From positions 40,424,001 through 40,488,000 of the forward strand of contig OX597831.1 in NCBI GenBank assembly GCA_951406725.2: a stretch of DNA of 64,000 nucleotides, given 5' to 3'. Both the position numbers and the translations under genes were made by a program. The notes below the pieces were generated by a model, which had not been told where the DNA came from, ran no database searches, and saw only the letters and a list, made by a program, of their open reading frames with translations. Each line of letters begins with the position of its first letter. Positions within the stretch are counted from its first letter, which is position 1. This stretch comes from Octopus vulgaris (Eukaryota). Shown in pieces: positions 1 to 13,470 of this stretch.

Positions 1-49
1 TTAATTATAACGTCTTCATTTATATTGTAAATTTATTTTGTGTTATTGA

Positions 50-156
50 GACCTGAAGAGTGGCTATGTACCGTTGTATCGAAGAAATATTAATTTTTGA
101 GATTATCGATTTTGATATTGTTGATTTGAATACATTGTCATGAAACGTACGTCGTC
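50..156 (+). ncRNA. Hammerhead ribozyme motif (type I, long stem II), Penelope-like pLTR relic
   Basis: gac-CTGAAGA-gtggctatgta...tacattgtcat-GAAAC GTAC GTC-gtc. Palindromic stem III, short stem I, (TA)n downstream. Confidence 0.6.
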
Positions 157-286
157 GTTTTAATGTGTACTAAATATTAGTATACAAACTTTTAGTACAA
201 TATTAATAATAATATATTCAAATTTATATTTTATTATAGATAACATCTTTCATTATTAATTGAATATCTTTATGGAGGTTCTGTCT

Positions 287-327
<41 letters not shown>

Positions 328-639
328 GGTATCGAGGGTCGTCATCGCCGGGTGAGAGTTGGTGAAACTCAAGTTAGTTAAAATTTACTATACTCGATAA
401 TCCGCACTTGGTATATCTGAATGCCCTTATAAGGACTGCATAGACTCTGTAGAGAAAGGATTGAAATTAATGAAGATCAAAAGAACGGAGATTTGCCCGT
501 CCAAATTTTATGATACAGTTATCGACATTGTTCTTCAAATAAAGAACAATGTAAATAACTATATATATATATATAGTTTTACATGTTTACACTGTTATCG
601 AAGTATTCTCCATTTGAAGCAATGCATCGGTCCAGACGC

Positions 640-1385
640 GTTTTCTCCTATTCAAGGCAATGCTGGAACTCTTGTGAAGTGATGCCTTTTAACGCTTTCG
701 TGGTCTTTTACTTCACCTTTTCCACATCTGAAAATTCCGAAGCACCAGCTTTCGTCACCAGTGATGACCTTCGAAAAAGGTCCGGATCAACTTCCAACTG
801 TTTTTTCAGTTCACGACTCGCATTCAGCCGTGACTGCTTTTGATCTTCCGTGAGTAAACGAGGCACATATTTTGCAGCAACTCTTTTCATTCGCAATTCC
901 TCGCTCAAAATTCGTTGGCAGGAGCTCCAGGACACACCAGCCATATCAACAAGTTTATTCAATTGTTCGGCAACGGGCCTCATGAATTTTCGGGATTTTT
1001 GGGAGGTCGACGGTCACTCTAAACGAGGTTGGTACTCAAGCCACAAGTGACCATTCCTAAAGTATGAAAACCTCTCGTAAACTTGTGATTTGCTCATGGA
1101 AGCGTCCTTGTAAGCTGTTTGAAGCATGACAGCTGTTTCTGCCGCGGCTTTCCCCCAGCAGAAAACAAAGTTTCACGGAAGCATGCTGTTCCTTCGTTTC
1201 AGCCATTGGAAAAATCGACGAACAGAGGAGAAGCAGTGCAAAACAAAGACACACCATGTAGCAGTACGGCATCACTTGACAACGCCGATCGGTAGACTGG
1301 TGTCTAAGGGTCGCATCAAATGGGGGAACCCTGAACTACAATGGGTTTGTCCCCAGAGAACGTTTCCCGTTACTACTGGATACCC

Positions 1386-1389
<4 letters not shown>
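640..1389 (-). mobile_element. Mariner transposon relic (5' half, frameshifted)
   Basis: EQHASVKLCFLLG and SCQRILSEELRMKRVAAKYVPRLLTEDQKQSR motifs in different frames. The end abuts (TA)n. Left boundary approximate. Confidence 0.8.
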
Positions 1390-1435
<46 letters not shown>

Positions 1436-1717
1436 GTAAATATATGGCACAACGAAGTACCGATATTTACTGGAAAATAGCGAACGTAATAATACGACGC
1501 TAATGTATAGCTTCACCGCGTATGTACTAACAAAAATGCCTGAGTGCAACAAACTTGAAAAAAATTGTCTTACCTCCAGGGAGAACATCTGAAAGATGAA
1601 ACAACTAGAAAGGGATAATGTGGGACCGGAGCCGGTTTCAGATTTTTCAAGATATGCCTGCACACACACACATATATATATATATAACCCATATATGCTT
1701 GTATAAATACATACATA

Positions 1718-1802
<85 letters not shown>

Positions 1803-2122
1803 CCGTAAAGTTGAAAGTTAATTATTTATTAATAAATTGATAAGTTTTACTTCCTACAGATTTTTCCATTCGTGCTCATTACATAAATTAAAAATTTCTG
1901 CTTTAAATTTGCATTTATAAAATATGAGCAAAATATTATGAAGGAAAAAAAGATATATATTAAAAGATTACATGTTGAATATGGATTATATGCATAATAT
2001 ATACCTATATATACCTCGGTAAACAACGAGGGTTTCCTTTGATGTAATCATCCCTTTAAGACGTTAATATATTCTTTAATTAATTTATTATACACACACA
2101 CATATGAAGTATGCATGTATAG

Positions 2123-2187
<65 letters not shown>

Positions 2188-2191
<4 letters not shown>

Positions 2192-2565
2192 GTCATCCCA
2201 TAAGTTCTGTCCGAATTTTGAATAAAGAAAACAAGCGAGCAAATGTTATATTTAATTAAAATTTAATCTGCCAATGTACTTTCTATGATTATCTATGACT
2301 TCCTTCCATCTATTTACAAGCTTTTTAATCCCATTAATAGAAAGCTCTTTTGGTTTCAAAGCGAAGAACTCTGAAATGTCAGTTTTGACCAACTCCTGGT
2401 TTGCGAAAGTTATGTCCCCCAAATGATTTTGTAAACTACGAAACAAACGGTAGTCTAAAGGAGCAAGGTCGGGAGAATAAAGTGGATGAAGAATTTTTTT
2501 CCCAACCAAGCTCTTCGATCTTCTGTGATGTGATCTTTGCAGTGTGGGATCGCGCATTGTCCTGA
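2188..2565 (-). mobile_element. Mariner 3' fragment with terminal repeat
   Basis: QDNARSH and [23 protein letters not shown] catalytic motifs across a frameshift. Flanked by (TA)n. Confidence 0.85.
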
Positions 2566-2581
2566 TATATACATATATATA

Positions 2582-2636
<55 letters not shown>

Positions 2637-2645
2637 ACACATGCA

Positions 2646-2740
<95 letters not shown>

Positions 2741-2749
2741 CGTATTTGT

Positions 2750-2780
<31 letters not shown>

Positions 2781-2786
<6 letters not shown>

Positions 2787-2980
2787 TTTCAACCAGGGTT
2801 CCGCCAGTACAGTCCAGCGGTTCCTCAAGAAGTTACAAAACTGCTAAAATCAACAGTAGTTTTTAATTCTCCTGTGCAGATATGTGTGCATAAGACTATT
2901 AAATTATTGTACAGGGGTTCCTCGAGCCAGTGGAATGTTTCCTTGGGGTTCCGCTCCAGCAAAAAGTTTGAAAAGCACTG
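2781..2980. mobile_element. Short hAT-like MITE
   Basis: Degenerate inverted ends gtgttttcaacc / gtttgaaaagcactg, with internal GGGGTTCC motifs. Confidence 0.45.
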
Positions 2981-3414
2981 ATATATATATATCGTATTTG
3001 TGGCTCTATCTTCATTGGTATGATAAGTCTTCCTGCTTGATTTGGAGGCTACTTGCCTGCTGTTTCTAGCAGGTCGAGTAACCATATAAAAGTTCTCACA
3101 TTTGTGAATACGTGTATGTATGTCAGTAATATTTGTGGCAGATGATTAGTGTCAAAGGAAAGTATTTTTAATAATAATAATAATTGTCTAAATTAACATA
3201 TCATTCTTGTGAAATACCTTAGTCCAAACTCCTTCATACATAAACAAAGTGGTTAATGATAAGTTTAAGTGAATTATTTTTATTTTCGATAAGGAATTTT
3301 TCATTAAAGAAATTTCAAAATTGTATATCAACAAATATCTTAGAAAATAATCATCTTATAATCAGCAGAATTAATTGCTTTACTTACTGAAAGTTTTTGT
3401 AATATTTTTTTTTT

Positions 3415-3796
3415 GAAGCACTCCGTCGGTTACGACGACGAGGGTTCCGGTTGATCCGATCAACGGAACAGCCTGCTCGTGAAATTAACGTGTAAGTGGC
3501 TGAGCACTCCACAGACACGTGTACCCTTAACGTAGTTCTCGGGGATATTCAGCGTGACACAGAGAGTGACAAGGCCGGCCCTTTGAAATACAGGTACAAC
3601 AGAAACAGGAAGTAAGAGTGAGAGAAAGTTGTGGTGAAAGAGTACAGCAGGAATCACCACCATCCCCTGCCGGAGCCTCGTGGAGCTTTAGGTGTTTTCG
3701 CTCAATAAACACTCACAATGCCTGGTCTGGGAATCGAAACCGCGATCCTACGACCGCGAGTCCGCTGCCCTAACCACTGGGCCATTGCGCCTCCAC
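3415..3796 (-). mobile_element. tRNA-derived SINE, family A (full length)
   Basis: Head GGAGGCGCAATGGCCCAGTGGTTAGG...GGTTTCGATTCCC with A/B boxes. Near-identical copies at 5882 and 53316. Confidence 0.85.
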
Positions 3797-4659
3797 TTTG
3801 TAATATACATTGTCCATCACAAAAGTATGTAGTTTCAAGAGGGTAAAGCAACTACATTGAATTGTCGGAAACATGTTATGCTGGTTGTAGTTTTTAACAA
3901 ATGTGGTATATTTTCATGACTTTTCTCATACTTCTTCACATTTCGCTGTCTTTATCATTTTTCTTTCATTGTACGCTCTATTGTATTTGAAAGAGAAATG
4001 TTCACAGTCATTTCTTTGTTCGATGGTGTACGAGGAAAAAAATAAACTTTGACCAAAGATAAAATACAAGCCTTTTATTCCTTCCGTTGTAGCTGTGAAT
4101 TCAATGAATAATTTCAGATAAATACACATTTTTTTTTATTGTTTCGCCAAATAAAAATACTTGAAAATCATCGACCACATATTTATAAAGGAAATCGGCA
4201 AATTATGACGTCATAATGAAATTGGATCGAAATTTTCAAACGAAATATAGAACAAAGAAAAAAATATCAAAGATATTATCTTCCTTTAATTGTTTGTCGT
4301 GAAAAATCACGATAGAAATGACGCCAGCATAGAATATTTCTTCGAATTCTACAAGAATGTCTTGTCTTATGAAAGCATTGAAATAACGTAAGATGGACGG
4401 ACAGACGAACAGGTGGACAGGCAAATATGAACAATTTTTTCTTTAAATATAAAATAAATGATTAAAAGTTAAATCTTTTCTCTATACAAGTAGCAAGCCG
4501 TTCAAATTTTCCAAACTTCCTTGTTTACAAACATTGCTTTGCCTTCATTAGAAAACTCAGAGAAAAATCTAGAATTTAAAGGAAAACATCGATAACATCC
4601 TTACATTTTAACACAAGAAGAAGAAGAATCCTTTTTACTATAGGCACAAATCCAGCAAT

Positions 4660-4690
<31 letters not shown>

Positions 4691-4727
4691 ATGTATGTAT
4701 GTATGTATGTATGTATGTGTGTGTTTA

Positions 4728-4766
<39 letters not shown>

Positions 4767-4769
4767 TCA

Positions 4770-5056
4770 TGTGGTTAGAGCAGCGGGCTCGCGGTCGAGG
4801 GATCGCGGGTTCGAATCTCATACCGAGTGATGTGTGTGTTTATGAGCGAAACACCTAATCTCCATGCGGCCCCGGCAGAAGGTAATGGCGAACTTCTGCT
4901 GACTCTTTCACCACAACTTTCTCTCACTCTTTCCTCCTGCATCTTGCAGCTCACCTGCAACGGACCGGCGTCTCGTCCAGGTGGGGAACCTATACGCCAA
5001 GGAAACCGGGAAACCGACCCTTATGAGCCAGGCACGACTCGAGAAGGAACAAACAA
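4770..5056 (+). mobile_element. SINE family A variant with a different 3' tail
   Basis: Same tRNA-like head. The tail is shared with the copy at 15096-15397 (-). Confidence 0.75.
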
Positions 5057-5104
5057 TATATTCACATAAAATCGTACATAATACATATATATAATATAAT
5101 ATGA

Positions 5105-5143
<39 letters not shown>

Positions 5144-5208
5144 CTATTTTAATTCAGTTTACCTCTTTCATTTATTCATTGTTGTATTCTTTCTCTTCTT
5201 CCTTGAAG

Positions 5209-5396
5209 TGAAGACCTGAAGGTTTGGTTGTGCGAAAATGTAAATGGCCCCATTAACAAAACGAAAACGAGGTCAGTGCAGAAGAACGCCAGGGAAATTG
5301 GAGACGTTATTTCATCAGTGAAAGAGCAGCAACAAGCGATTCTGTACAAACTTGCCATGGAACAAAGAAGTCTTGAAGACGAAATTAATGATATCT
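5209..5396 (+). CDS. CCDC148: CCDC148-like gene, first exon visible in window (internal exon)
   Basis: Pyrimidine tract + AG acceptor, GTAAGA donor. Reads EDLKVWLCEN...VKEQQQAILYKLAMEQRSLEDEINDI, resembling recalled vertebrate CCDC148 (ADLK...[23 protein letters not shown]). Ends in phase 1, matching the next exon. Confidence 0.8.
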
Positions 5397-5881
5397 GTAA
5401 GAAGTGTGTTTTTATATTTCTTTAAATTAATATACGCATTTGAAACATATTGAGATTAAAATATCCGCATGCACGCACAATTATAATGGGGAATGGTAAC
5501 AGTTGTAATATGTTGTCTAAGGAAAGCTTTTTAAACAGACATGTTTGATAAAAAAAAATAAAGAACAAAAGAAACAGAGTCGGTGTTTCGAGATAATTCC
5601 GTCTTCTCAGTCACGAATACCCCAGACATTCTGAGTAAGGCCGAGGATAATTTCTTCCAGTATAGATATCAGTGAAGGAAACAGTTACTGATGTATGCAA
5701 AAGCTAGGGGGTCTAGAATTAAATTACGGATTGGGAGCGTAGGTATGCTTGAGGTACGTTCGAACTGTGTGTTTCGCCATGGAGGAAATTTCTCGCTGTA
5801 ATCAAATAGAATGGATATTCCTAGATCAGATTGAACTGGTAATAACATTGCATCTAGTATTAAACATTGCATCTAGTATTT

Positions 5882-6270
5882 GTGGAGGCGCAATGGCCCA
5901 GTGGTTAGAGCAGCGGACTCGCGGTCATAGGATCGCGGTTTCGATTCCCAGACCGGGCGTTGTATGTGTTTATTGAGCGAGAACACCTAAAAGCTCCACG
6001 AGGCTGCGGCAGGGGATGGTGGTGATCCCTGCTGTACTCTTTCACCACAACTTTCTCTCACTCTTACTTCCTGTTTCTGTTGTACCTGTATTTCAAAAGG
6101 GCCGGCCTTGTCACTCTCTGTGTCACGCTGAATATCCCCGAGAACTACGTTAAGGGTGCACGTGTCTGTGGAGTGCTCAGCCACTTACACGTTAATTTCA
6201 CGAGCAGGCTGTTCCGTTGATTCGGATCAACCGGAACCCCTCATCGTCGTAACCGACGGAGTGCTTCCAA
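5882..6270 (+). mobile_element. tRNA-derived SINE, family A
   Basis: Reverse complement of 3415-3796. Confidence 0.85.
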
Positions 6271-7419
6271 TTCCAGTATTAAATATACGCGCTTAAAACA
6301 GTTTTACATTAAAATACCGATTTGTATGCAAATTTATGATATGAAACAAATGTAGAAGAGCAGTAGTTGTTTGAGAAACTGGTGAAGACACAGAGTTTCA
6401 TTCAAAATAGTGGTGGTTTCAAGCAAGGTATTTGGTTTCTGCAAGTAATGACTACCGCAAATGTTCAGTGCAAAGCCGGAAAATGCATGTTCTGCTCAAT
6501 GAGAATCGATAAAGAAAACATTTACTGATTTCTGCGAAAGCTGTTTAAAATAAAATAAAATAAAATATACACACTTGAAACAACCTTGGCTTAAAATACG
6601 AGTGTGTGTATGTATTTATAATGTGTATACAAATATAGAACAGTACTAAGTGAAATATTTTTGTCTCAGAGAAGCTCCCCAAACAGGATATTGTGGTGAA
6701 AGCACAGGACTTCGTTTATCGATTTCGTTATGGCATAGGTTCTCAACCGGGGTCTACATGGCCCTTGGGGGTTCATATAAGGTTTGTTAAAATTTATGTG
6801 CAATAAATTTCATATACTTCTACAATACACAAAATATTTTAAATATTTTAGGCACAGGATATCCGTCAAATGTAAATAATGTAAGTAATTACAGTTAGTG
6901 TCGTAAATGTTTATACACACCGATACACACACACCCACATATTAAAAATGGGAAAGGCCGGTCTATGGGATTACCTTAGGTTTCCCGTCCATAAAGGGGT
7001 TAGCTTTATGGCGTATCGTCAGATCCCAAAACCTGTTGGCCATATAAATATATAAGAGATGATGTTTATCGCGGCCAAAACGTGGGTGTTCTATAAGAAC
7101 AGTCGATACTGCTATATTAACCCCCAAGAGGACTCCTCCTACACGTGGTTATTCAGTGCGCTTCGCTCGATACAAGCGGGGGAGGGAACTACCTACTATC
7201 CTAGCTCAGAGACCATGAAATCAAGTGATTTCGATCTTATTTAATCATCTTAGTGATGGATACTTGTCTGCTAGACATAGCAGTAATTCACCCTAGCTTG
7301 CAATATATAGAAAAACAGTGTCCCACAGTCCTTGGCATTGCAAATTAACAAACAGGTTCGTTAAGAAAATCTCTATTTGAGATAAAAGCAGTGTTTTAAC
7401 TTCTGTTGGTTAGTATGTT

Positions 7420-7850
7420 GTTGTAGTTGTTGTTGTTGTTGTTGTTGTTCTTCTCCTTCTTCATCTTCATCTTCTAATTCTTCTTCTCCTCTTTCTTCGT
7501 CTTCTTCTTCTTCTCCTTCTTCTTCTACTTCTTCTACTACTTCTACTTCTTCTTCTCCTCCTCCTCCCCTTCCTCCTCCTCATCGCCCTCTTTCTTCTTC
7601 TTCTTCTCCCCTTCTTCCTCCTCCTCCTCCTCTCTCTTCTTCTTCTTCTTCTTCTCTTTCTTCTTCTTCTTCTTCTTCTTCTTCTTCTCTTTCTTCTTCT
7701 TCTTCTCTTTCTTTTTCTTCTTCTCCCCTTTCTCCTCCTCCTCTCTCTTCTTCTTCTTCTTCTTCTTCTTCTCTTTCTTCTTCTTCTTCTTCTTCTTCTT
7801 CTTCTTCTTCTTCTTCTTCTTCTTCTTCTTCTTCTTCTTCTTCTCATCTT
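7420..7850. repeat. (GTT)n/(CTT)n/(CCT)n compound microsatellite
   Basis: Direct reading. It produces the poly-Arg pseudo-ORF. Confidence 0.95.
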
Positions 7851-7859
7851 TCTTTCGAT

Positions 7860-8155
7860 TAAATAAGTACTAGTTACGCACTGGGGTCGATATAATCGAC
7901 TTAATCCGTTTGTCTGTCCTTGTTTGTCCTCTCTGTGTTTAGCCCCTTGTGAGTAGTAAAGAAATAGGTATTTCGTCTGCCGCTACCTTCTGAGTTCAAA
8001 TTCCGCCTAGGTTGACTGACTTTGCCTTTCATCCTTTCGGGGTCGATAAATTAAGTACCAGTTACGCACTGGGGTCGATGTAATCGATTTAATCCGTTTG
8101 TCTGTCCTTGTTTGTCCCCTCTATGTTTAGCACTTTGTGGGCAATAAAGAAATAA
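7860..8155 (+). mobile_element. SINE family B, tandemly duplicated 3' part
   Basis: gagttcaaattccgcc...cctttcatcctttcggggtcgataaattaagtaccag motif shared with many copies in the window. Confidence 0.75.
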
Positions 8156-8156
8156 G

Positions 8157-8534
8157 ATGATCCCCCATGTGCATTCACTTGGAAGGGGAAATCCTGTCTG
8201 GTTTCAGCAGGATGGGGCTCCACCCCATTATGCATTACGGGTTCGTGATTTTCTGAATAAACATTTTCCAGGGAGATGGCTCGGGAGTCGCGGGCCAATT
8301 GAATGGGCACCACGGTCGCCAGATTTAACTCCCATGGACTTTTTCTTCTGGGGCTGCATAAAATCCCTTGTGTATTCTGAGAAGGTTCGTGACCAAGGAC
8401 ATCTTCAAAGAATTATTGAAGCGTGTGAACAAGTCAACGGCAATGAAAAGCTATTCGAGAGGGTTCATCGCAATTTCAAATTCCGTATGACCACTTGTTT
8501 TGAGCTCCGTGGCCAACACTTTGAGCATTTGTAA
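8157..8534 (+). mobile_element. Tc1/mariner-superfamily transposase C-terminal fragment
   Basis: WFQQDGAPPH and WAPRSPDLTPMDFFFWG motifs, ending GQHFEHL. Confidence 0.88.
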
Positions 8535-9328
8535 CGGATTGCCTACTTCATTGCTAATAAAGCATACTTGATATCTCCCGTGGGGAGTAGCTTTGTAGCC
8601 AACCTATATATTGAACTACTTTATGCTATGTATGTTTTTCTTTCAAAAACATAGAATGCCATGTTTTAAAGGAGATTGAAAGCCCAGGTGAGACCTAGAA
8701 TGGAATATTGCTCCCACTTCTAAGCTACGGGGACATATAAAAAAAAATTCAGTCAGGCGTCGTTGTTGTTGTTGTTGTCGGCGGTGGTGGTGGTGGGGAG
8801 AAACATACACAAACACACACACATATCTGTACATGCAATAGATTCCTCACAGTTTCCTCCTGTATCAAATTCACTCGCAAGGCATTAGTCAACCCGCGGA
8901 CATAATACAAAGCAGTCGCCGGAAGTGTCACGCAGTGGCACTGAACCGAAAACCCCATGGTTGCAAAGCGAGCTTCTTAACATCACAGTCATACTTGTGC
9001 CTGTCTTAATTTTGTTCATTTGAAACCAAAAAAACAAAAAAAAAAACAAAAAAATGGGGTAACATCGATTGTGTAAAATTAAGGAATTGATATTTTGCTA
9101 TAATCGAACGTATTGATTACCTGGATTAATAGAAGCTATTGATTATCTACACTAATAGAAAGTATCGATTACCTACATTAATAACATGTCACCCAGTTTC
9201 AGAAGATATCGATTAAATCGCCAAATATATTCTAAATTACCTATTGTACAAGAGAAATAACACCCAAATCCCCCTCAAAATCACACAGCTCTGTCTTGTT
9301 TAAGGAAGCGGCATATTAAATAATGTAG

Positions 9329-9393
<65 letters not shown>

Positions 9394-9398
<5 letters not shown>

Positions 9399-10179
9399 GT
9401 TATCGCCATATTAATATGGCATTCTTATAGATATAAGAATAAACACTGCCGCTGATTAGCTCCATGAGGCCATCGCCTTAAGATAACTATTGATACACTA
9501 TCTGTATCCATTATAACCTTCGAACAAGGGAGGTCAGCCGCTTCACACTGCCAGTCCGACAGCTACAGACGCGTTTCAGGGTATTTGCCCCTTGTCAATG
9601 TAGCGTAGTCAGACCTAGCAGGTGTCGCCACTGACGTCTCTGTTCGAAGGTTTCTATTTACCTAGTTTCAGTGGAATACATCCACTTGTTTTCAATAATA
9701 GAAATATTAAAATTACTAAGTATCTATAAGAATGCCATATTAATATGGCGATAACAATTAATTTCCAGTAACGCTGCCGTAATCTCTTTTATAGAGACTT
9801 AGCAATTTTAATATTTCTATTATTGAAAACAAGTGGATGTATTCCACTGAAACTAGGTAAATAGAAACCTTCGAACAGAGACGTCAGTGGCGACACCTGC
9901 TAGGTCTGACTACGCTACATTGACAAGGGGCAAATACCCTGAAACGCGTCTGTAGCTGTCGGACTGGCAGTGTGAAGCGGCTGACCTCCCTTGTTCGAAG
10001 GTTATAATGGATACAGATTGTGTATCAATAGCTATCTTAAGGCGATGGCCTCATGGAGCTAATCAGCGGCAGCGTTTATTCTTATATCTATAAGAATGCC
10101 ATATTAATATGGCGATAACAATTAATTTCCAGTAACGCTGCCGTAATCTCTTTTATAGAGACTTAGTAATTTTAATATT

Positions 10180-10180
<1 letters not shown>
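9394..10180. mobile_element. Penelope-like pseudo-LTR / retrozyme-like unit with inverted duplication and two hammerhead motifs
   Basis: 9394-9720 is the reverse complement of 9798-10124. A 96-bp direct repeat (9721-9816 and 10085-10180) defines a 364-bp unit. (TA)n lies on both sides. Confidence 0.75.
9914..9956 (+). ncRNA. Hammerhead motif with U3-A8 core (second copy 9562-9604 on - strand)
   Basis: gctaca-TTGACAA-ggggcaaataccct-GAAAC GC GTC-tgtagc. Perfect 6-bp stem I and palindromic stem III. Confidence 0.7.
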
Positions 10181-10230
<50 letters not shown>

Positions 10231-10781
10231 CAGTAATCCCTCGCCATATCGCGATTCCCCTATCGCAGTTCACCTATTGCGGTTTATTATTTAAACCTAC
10301 GTCGATTCTTCCGTGGTGTTGTTTTGCATTTATGACAAAATGAATATATAGAAATTAAAAATATATTAAAAAAATATGCAGTACAGTATGTGTGTGTATA
10401 TATATGTGTATATGTATATGTGTGTATATGTGTGTTTATGTATGTGTGTATGTATATGTGTGTGTGCTTAAGTGTATGTATGTATATACATATGTGTGAA
10501 TGTATATCCATATATATGTGTGTGTGTGTATGTGTATGTGTGTGTGTGTGACAGTGTCTTTGTGTCGATGTTTTTCCCCTCCCCCACCACTTGACAACCG
10601 ATGCTGGTATGTTTACGTGTCTGTAACTTAGCCGTTCGGAAAGAGAAACCGATAGAATAAGTACCAGCTTTTAAAAAATAAGTATTGAGGGTCGATAAAT
10701 TTTACTATAAATTCTTCAAGGCGATGCCCCAGCATGGCCGCAATGTAATGACTGAAACAAGTAAAAGATAAAAGATAAAAC

Positions 10782-10832
<51 letters not shown>

Positions 10833-10840
10833 GTAACAGT

Positions 10841-10901
10841 TTAGAAAAAAACCATTGGTTTCATACCTAGCGTGAACTCGATATCTCTTCAGTTTCTCTA
10901 A
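10841..10901 (-). ncRNA. Hammerhead motif (degenerate)
   Basis: Reverse strand: tagagaaa-CTGAAGA-gatatcgag...ctaggtat-GAAA CCAATGG TT-ttttctaa, next to (TG)n. Confidence 0.5.
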
Positions 10902-13470
10902 GCGATAGCTGTTCTCTGCAAAGAATGCTTTTTTTTTAAACACAAGAACGTCGGTGGTAGCTGAAGAAATATTCCTCTTAAGAAATTATGGCCGGGCGAG
11001 TTGTCTTCCTTCACTTGATAGCTAGGTTTTCTAATTTTGAAATAAAAATTTCCGAGAACGTGGACAACTCACCACGGTTTCCGTTCTGGAATTCAGGTAG
11101 CCTCCTGGCTCAAGTGAGTTCATGAGGATTATATGCCATCCACAATTTACATAGTCTTGTTCCATTGCGATAGGGTTCACAAGTTTCCAGTAATTTTCAC
11201 CTGATGTGAAAGGGCATATGATCGTCCTTTAGGCACCATAGGTATGGGACCCTGAAAGAAGATCTGTGGTTGTTCAGACAAATTTTAAATTTGGATTCAC
11301 AAGATCCGGCATAAATTTTAGTATATCCCTGTGTTTGCATTGATGTTACTTATATTTGTGCTGCTTCTTTTTGAGGCTACCTGTGCTTGGTGCACTGTAA
11401 CCTTGGTGTTACATCGACCGTCTACTGGGCATTCATTTCTAATCCTGCATGAACAACCTGCCTCTGTCTGTGGTTTGGGAGTGCTAAGTAATTTTTTCTT
11501 AAAATCGGGTGCAGAACTGAAAGATCCTTAAATTATGTCTGTTAAAGATCTTTCTATATTTGTGTGATCGCGTGTAATGCTTATCAACTAACCTAAGAAA
11601 AATCTTACGCATGTCCGGACGTTTAGGGAAAAGTGGGGAGTGAACCATAAGGTTTTGCGGTGGCGTTTTCTTTTATGGTTTCTCAATCATGGTGTATATA
11701 CTATATAGTCCTTCAAACCGTTGGCAACTAGCGCCTCATTATAAGCGCGAGCCGCTGCGTTGTAAATATCTTTATTTGAAGATAAGATCGAAATCCGTTT
11801 ACTGATACCTTTTATTAGGTTTTTGAATACTATGGGTGTGTGGCAGGAGACTGTATTAATGTATGATAGCCTAAGACGTAATGGTCACGATTGAATTGTT
11901 TATGGGCATAGGCCGTTTGATATTTGATTAGGGCTAAGCTAAGACTAAATAGTAAAAACAAGATAATAATAACGATGACAACAACAACATCTCCATCATC
12001 AAGGAAATGAAGTAGCCTCCTATGCAGTAGCCGGACCTGCTAAAAATAACAGTCAAAATCTTCCTTAAATAAAATTCTTACCATCTTGAAAAATAGGACA
12101 CATTGTTTATAGTACAGAGCGAGAGACATTATTTTGAAAGATATCACACAGGACGATCATGGCTGGAACGGATTGGATCATAGGTCATCTGTTGCTCTAC
12201 TAGGGTTATTGTTATAACTTGTACAGCTTATATTCATGTTCCATCTCTAATAACTTCGAACATATCAGATACGTGTTTGTATTAGTTACACATGACATAG
12301 TGGTTAGTGTGTTCGACTCCTGACTGCAAGATCGCGGGTTCAGTTCCTTGATCGAGCGGCGCGTATTTTCTTCAGCAAAGCATTTCATTTCATGTTGCTT
12401 CAGTATATCAACCAAGATGCATGCATAACTCCCAGTTCTTCCAACAGCCACATCTTGGATATTTCACTGGGTCGAGAGTAAGAAAGTTAAAATGTGTATT
12501 TATACCTGGTTCATGATTATATAGACGTCATCATCAACAACAACATGAGTGGAGGCGCAATGGCCCAGTGGTTAGGGCAACGGACTCGCGGTCGTAAGAA
12601 CGCTGTTTCGATTCCCAGACCGGGCATTGTGAGTGTTTATTGAGCAAAAACACCTAAGCTCCACAAGGCTCCGGCGTAGGGTGGGGAGTGAACCCCGCTA
12701 CACTCTTTCACCACAACTTTCTCTCAATCCTTCTTCCTACTTCTGTCACAAAGCAGAGGAACCATGGTGTAACCCACTATGGTGTGGTAAACTTTCAGAC
12801 CCTAGTCTAGATTGCGAATCCGCTGTACCCCAGGATGGTTCATCTCTCTACCCGTTAAAAGCCACCGTTTACGGAATGAGGATAACAACGTAGCTTTTGT
12901 GCCCGTGCAACCGCCAGTCTATCGCGTGTGGTGGGTGGATCTTCAAGTTGCCACATGCATTCTTAGTAGCTTAGAGTAGGCTCGAATTAGAGATTATTCT
13001 TTGTGGCTAATGGCATGAGTCCTGGTTGGAAGAAGAAGAAGAAGAAGAAGAAGAAGAAGAAGAAGAAGAAGAAGACAACATGATACTTACAAACCTGGTA
13101 CTTATTTATCTTATCGGAGAGATGAAAAGCCGAAGAGAAAAATTTCGTTCTAACAACATGGAATTTTCTATTTAGTTCTTTGTGATCCATGACTTGAGAT
13201 GAAGCCTCTGTAAGCCTCTTTGTAAGCTGTTACCGTTGTAGTCTAGCCACACTTCCACCTACCAACCTACTGTCGCTATAAAACCAACTTATTTTCAGGT
13301 CCTTTCTCATCTCTGTCGCTTTATCACCTCTCTCTATCCCTCAACTTTTGTTTACCACTTAGGTGCAAGCTACTATTTGCATAGCGTTCTATTATAGTTG
13401 ATTTTGAAATCAAAATGAACTCAAGAGGCATTTATGTTCTTGTGTTCGGTTCTTCTGTCTATATTTTCAG

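Noticed and set aside
5580-5615. Degenerate hammerhead-like strings here and near 350, 1630, 36045, 37160, 50550 and 55050
   Set aside because: Each lacks a core element or closing stem, so they cannot be separated from chance matches by eye.
5882-5956. tRNA-like sequences at SINE heads
   Set aside because: They continue into shared SINE bodies and lack a full acceptor stem, so they are not tRNA genes.
7467-7847. Protamine-like poly-Arg ORF
   Set aside because: It is entirely an (AAG)/(AGG) microsatellite contiguous with other simple repeats, and lacks Tyr/Ser patterning or gene context.
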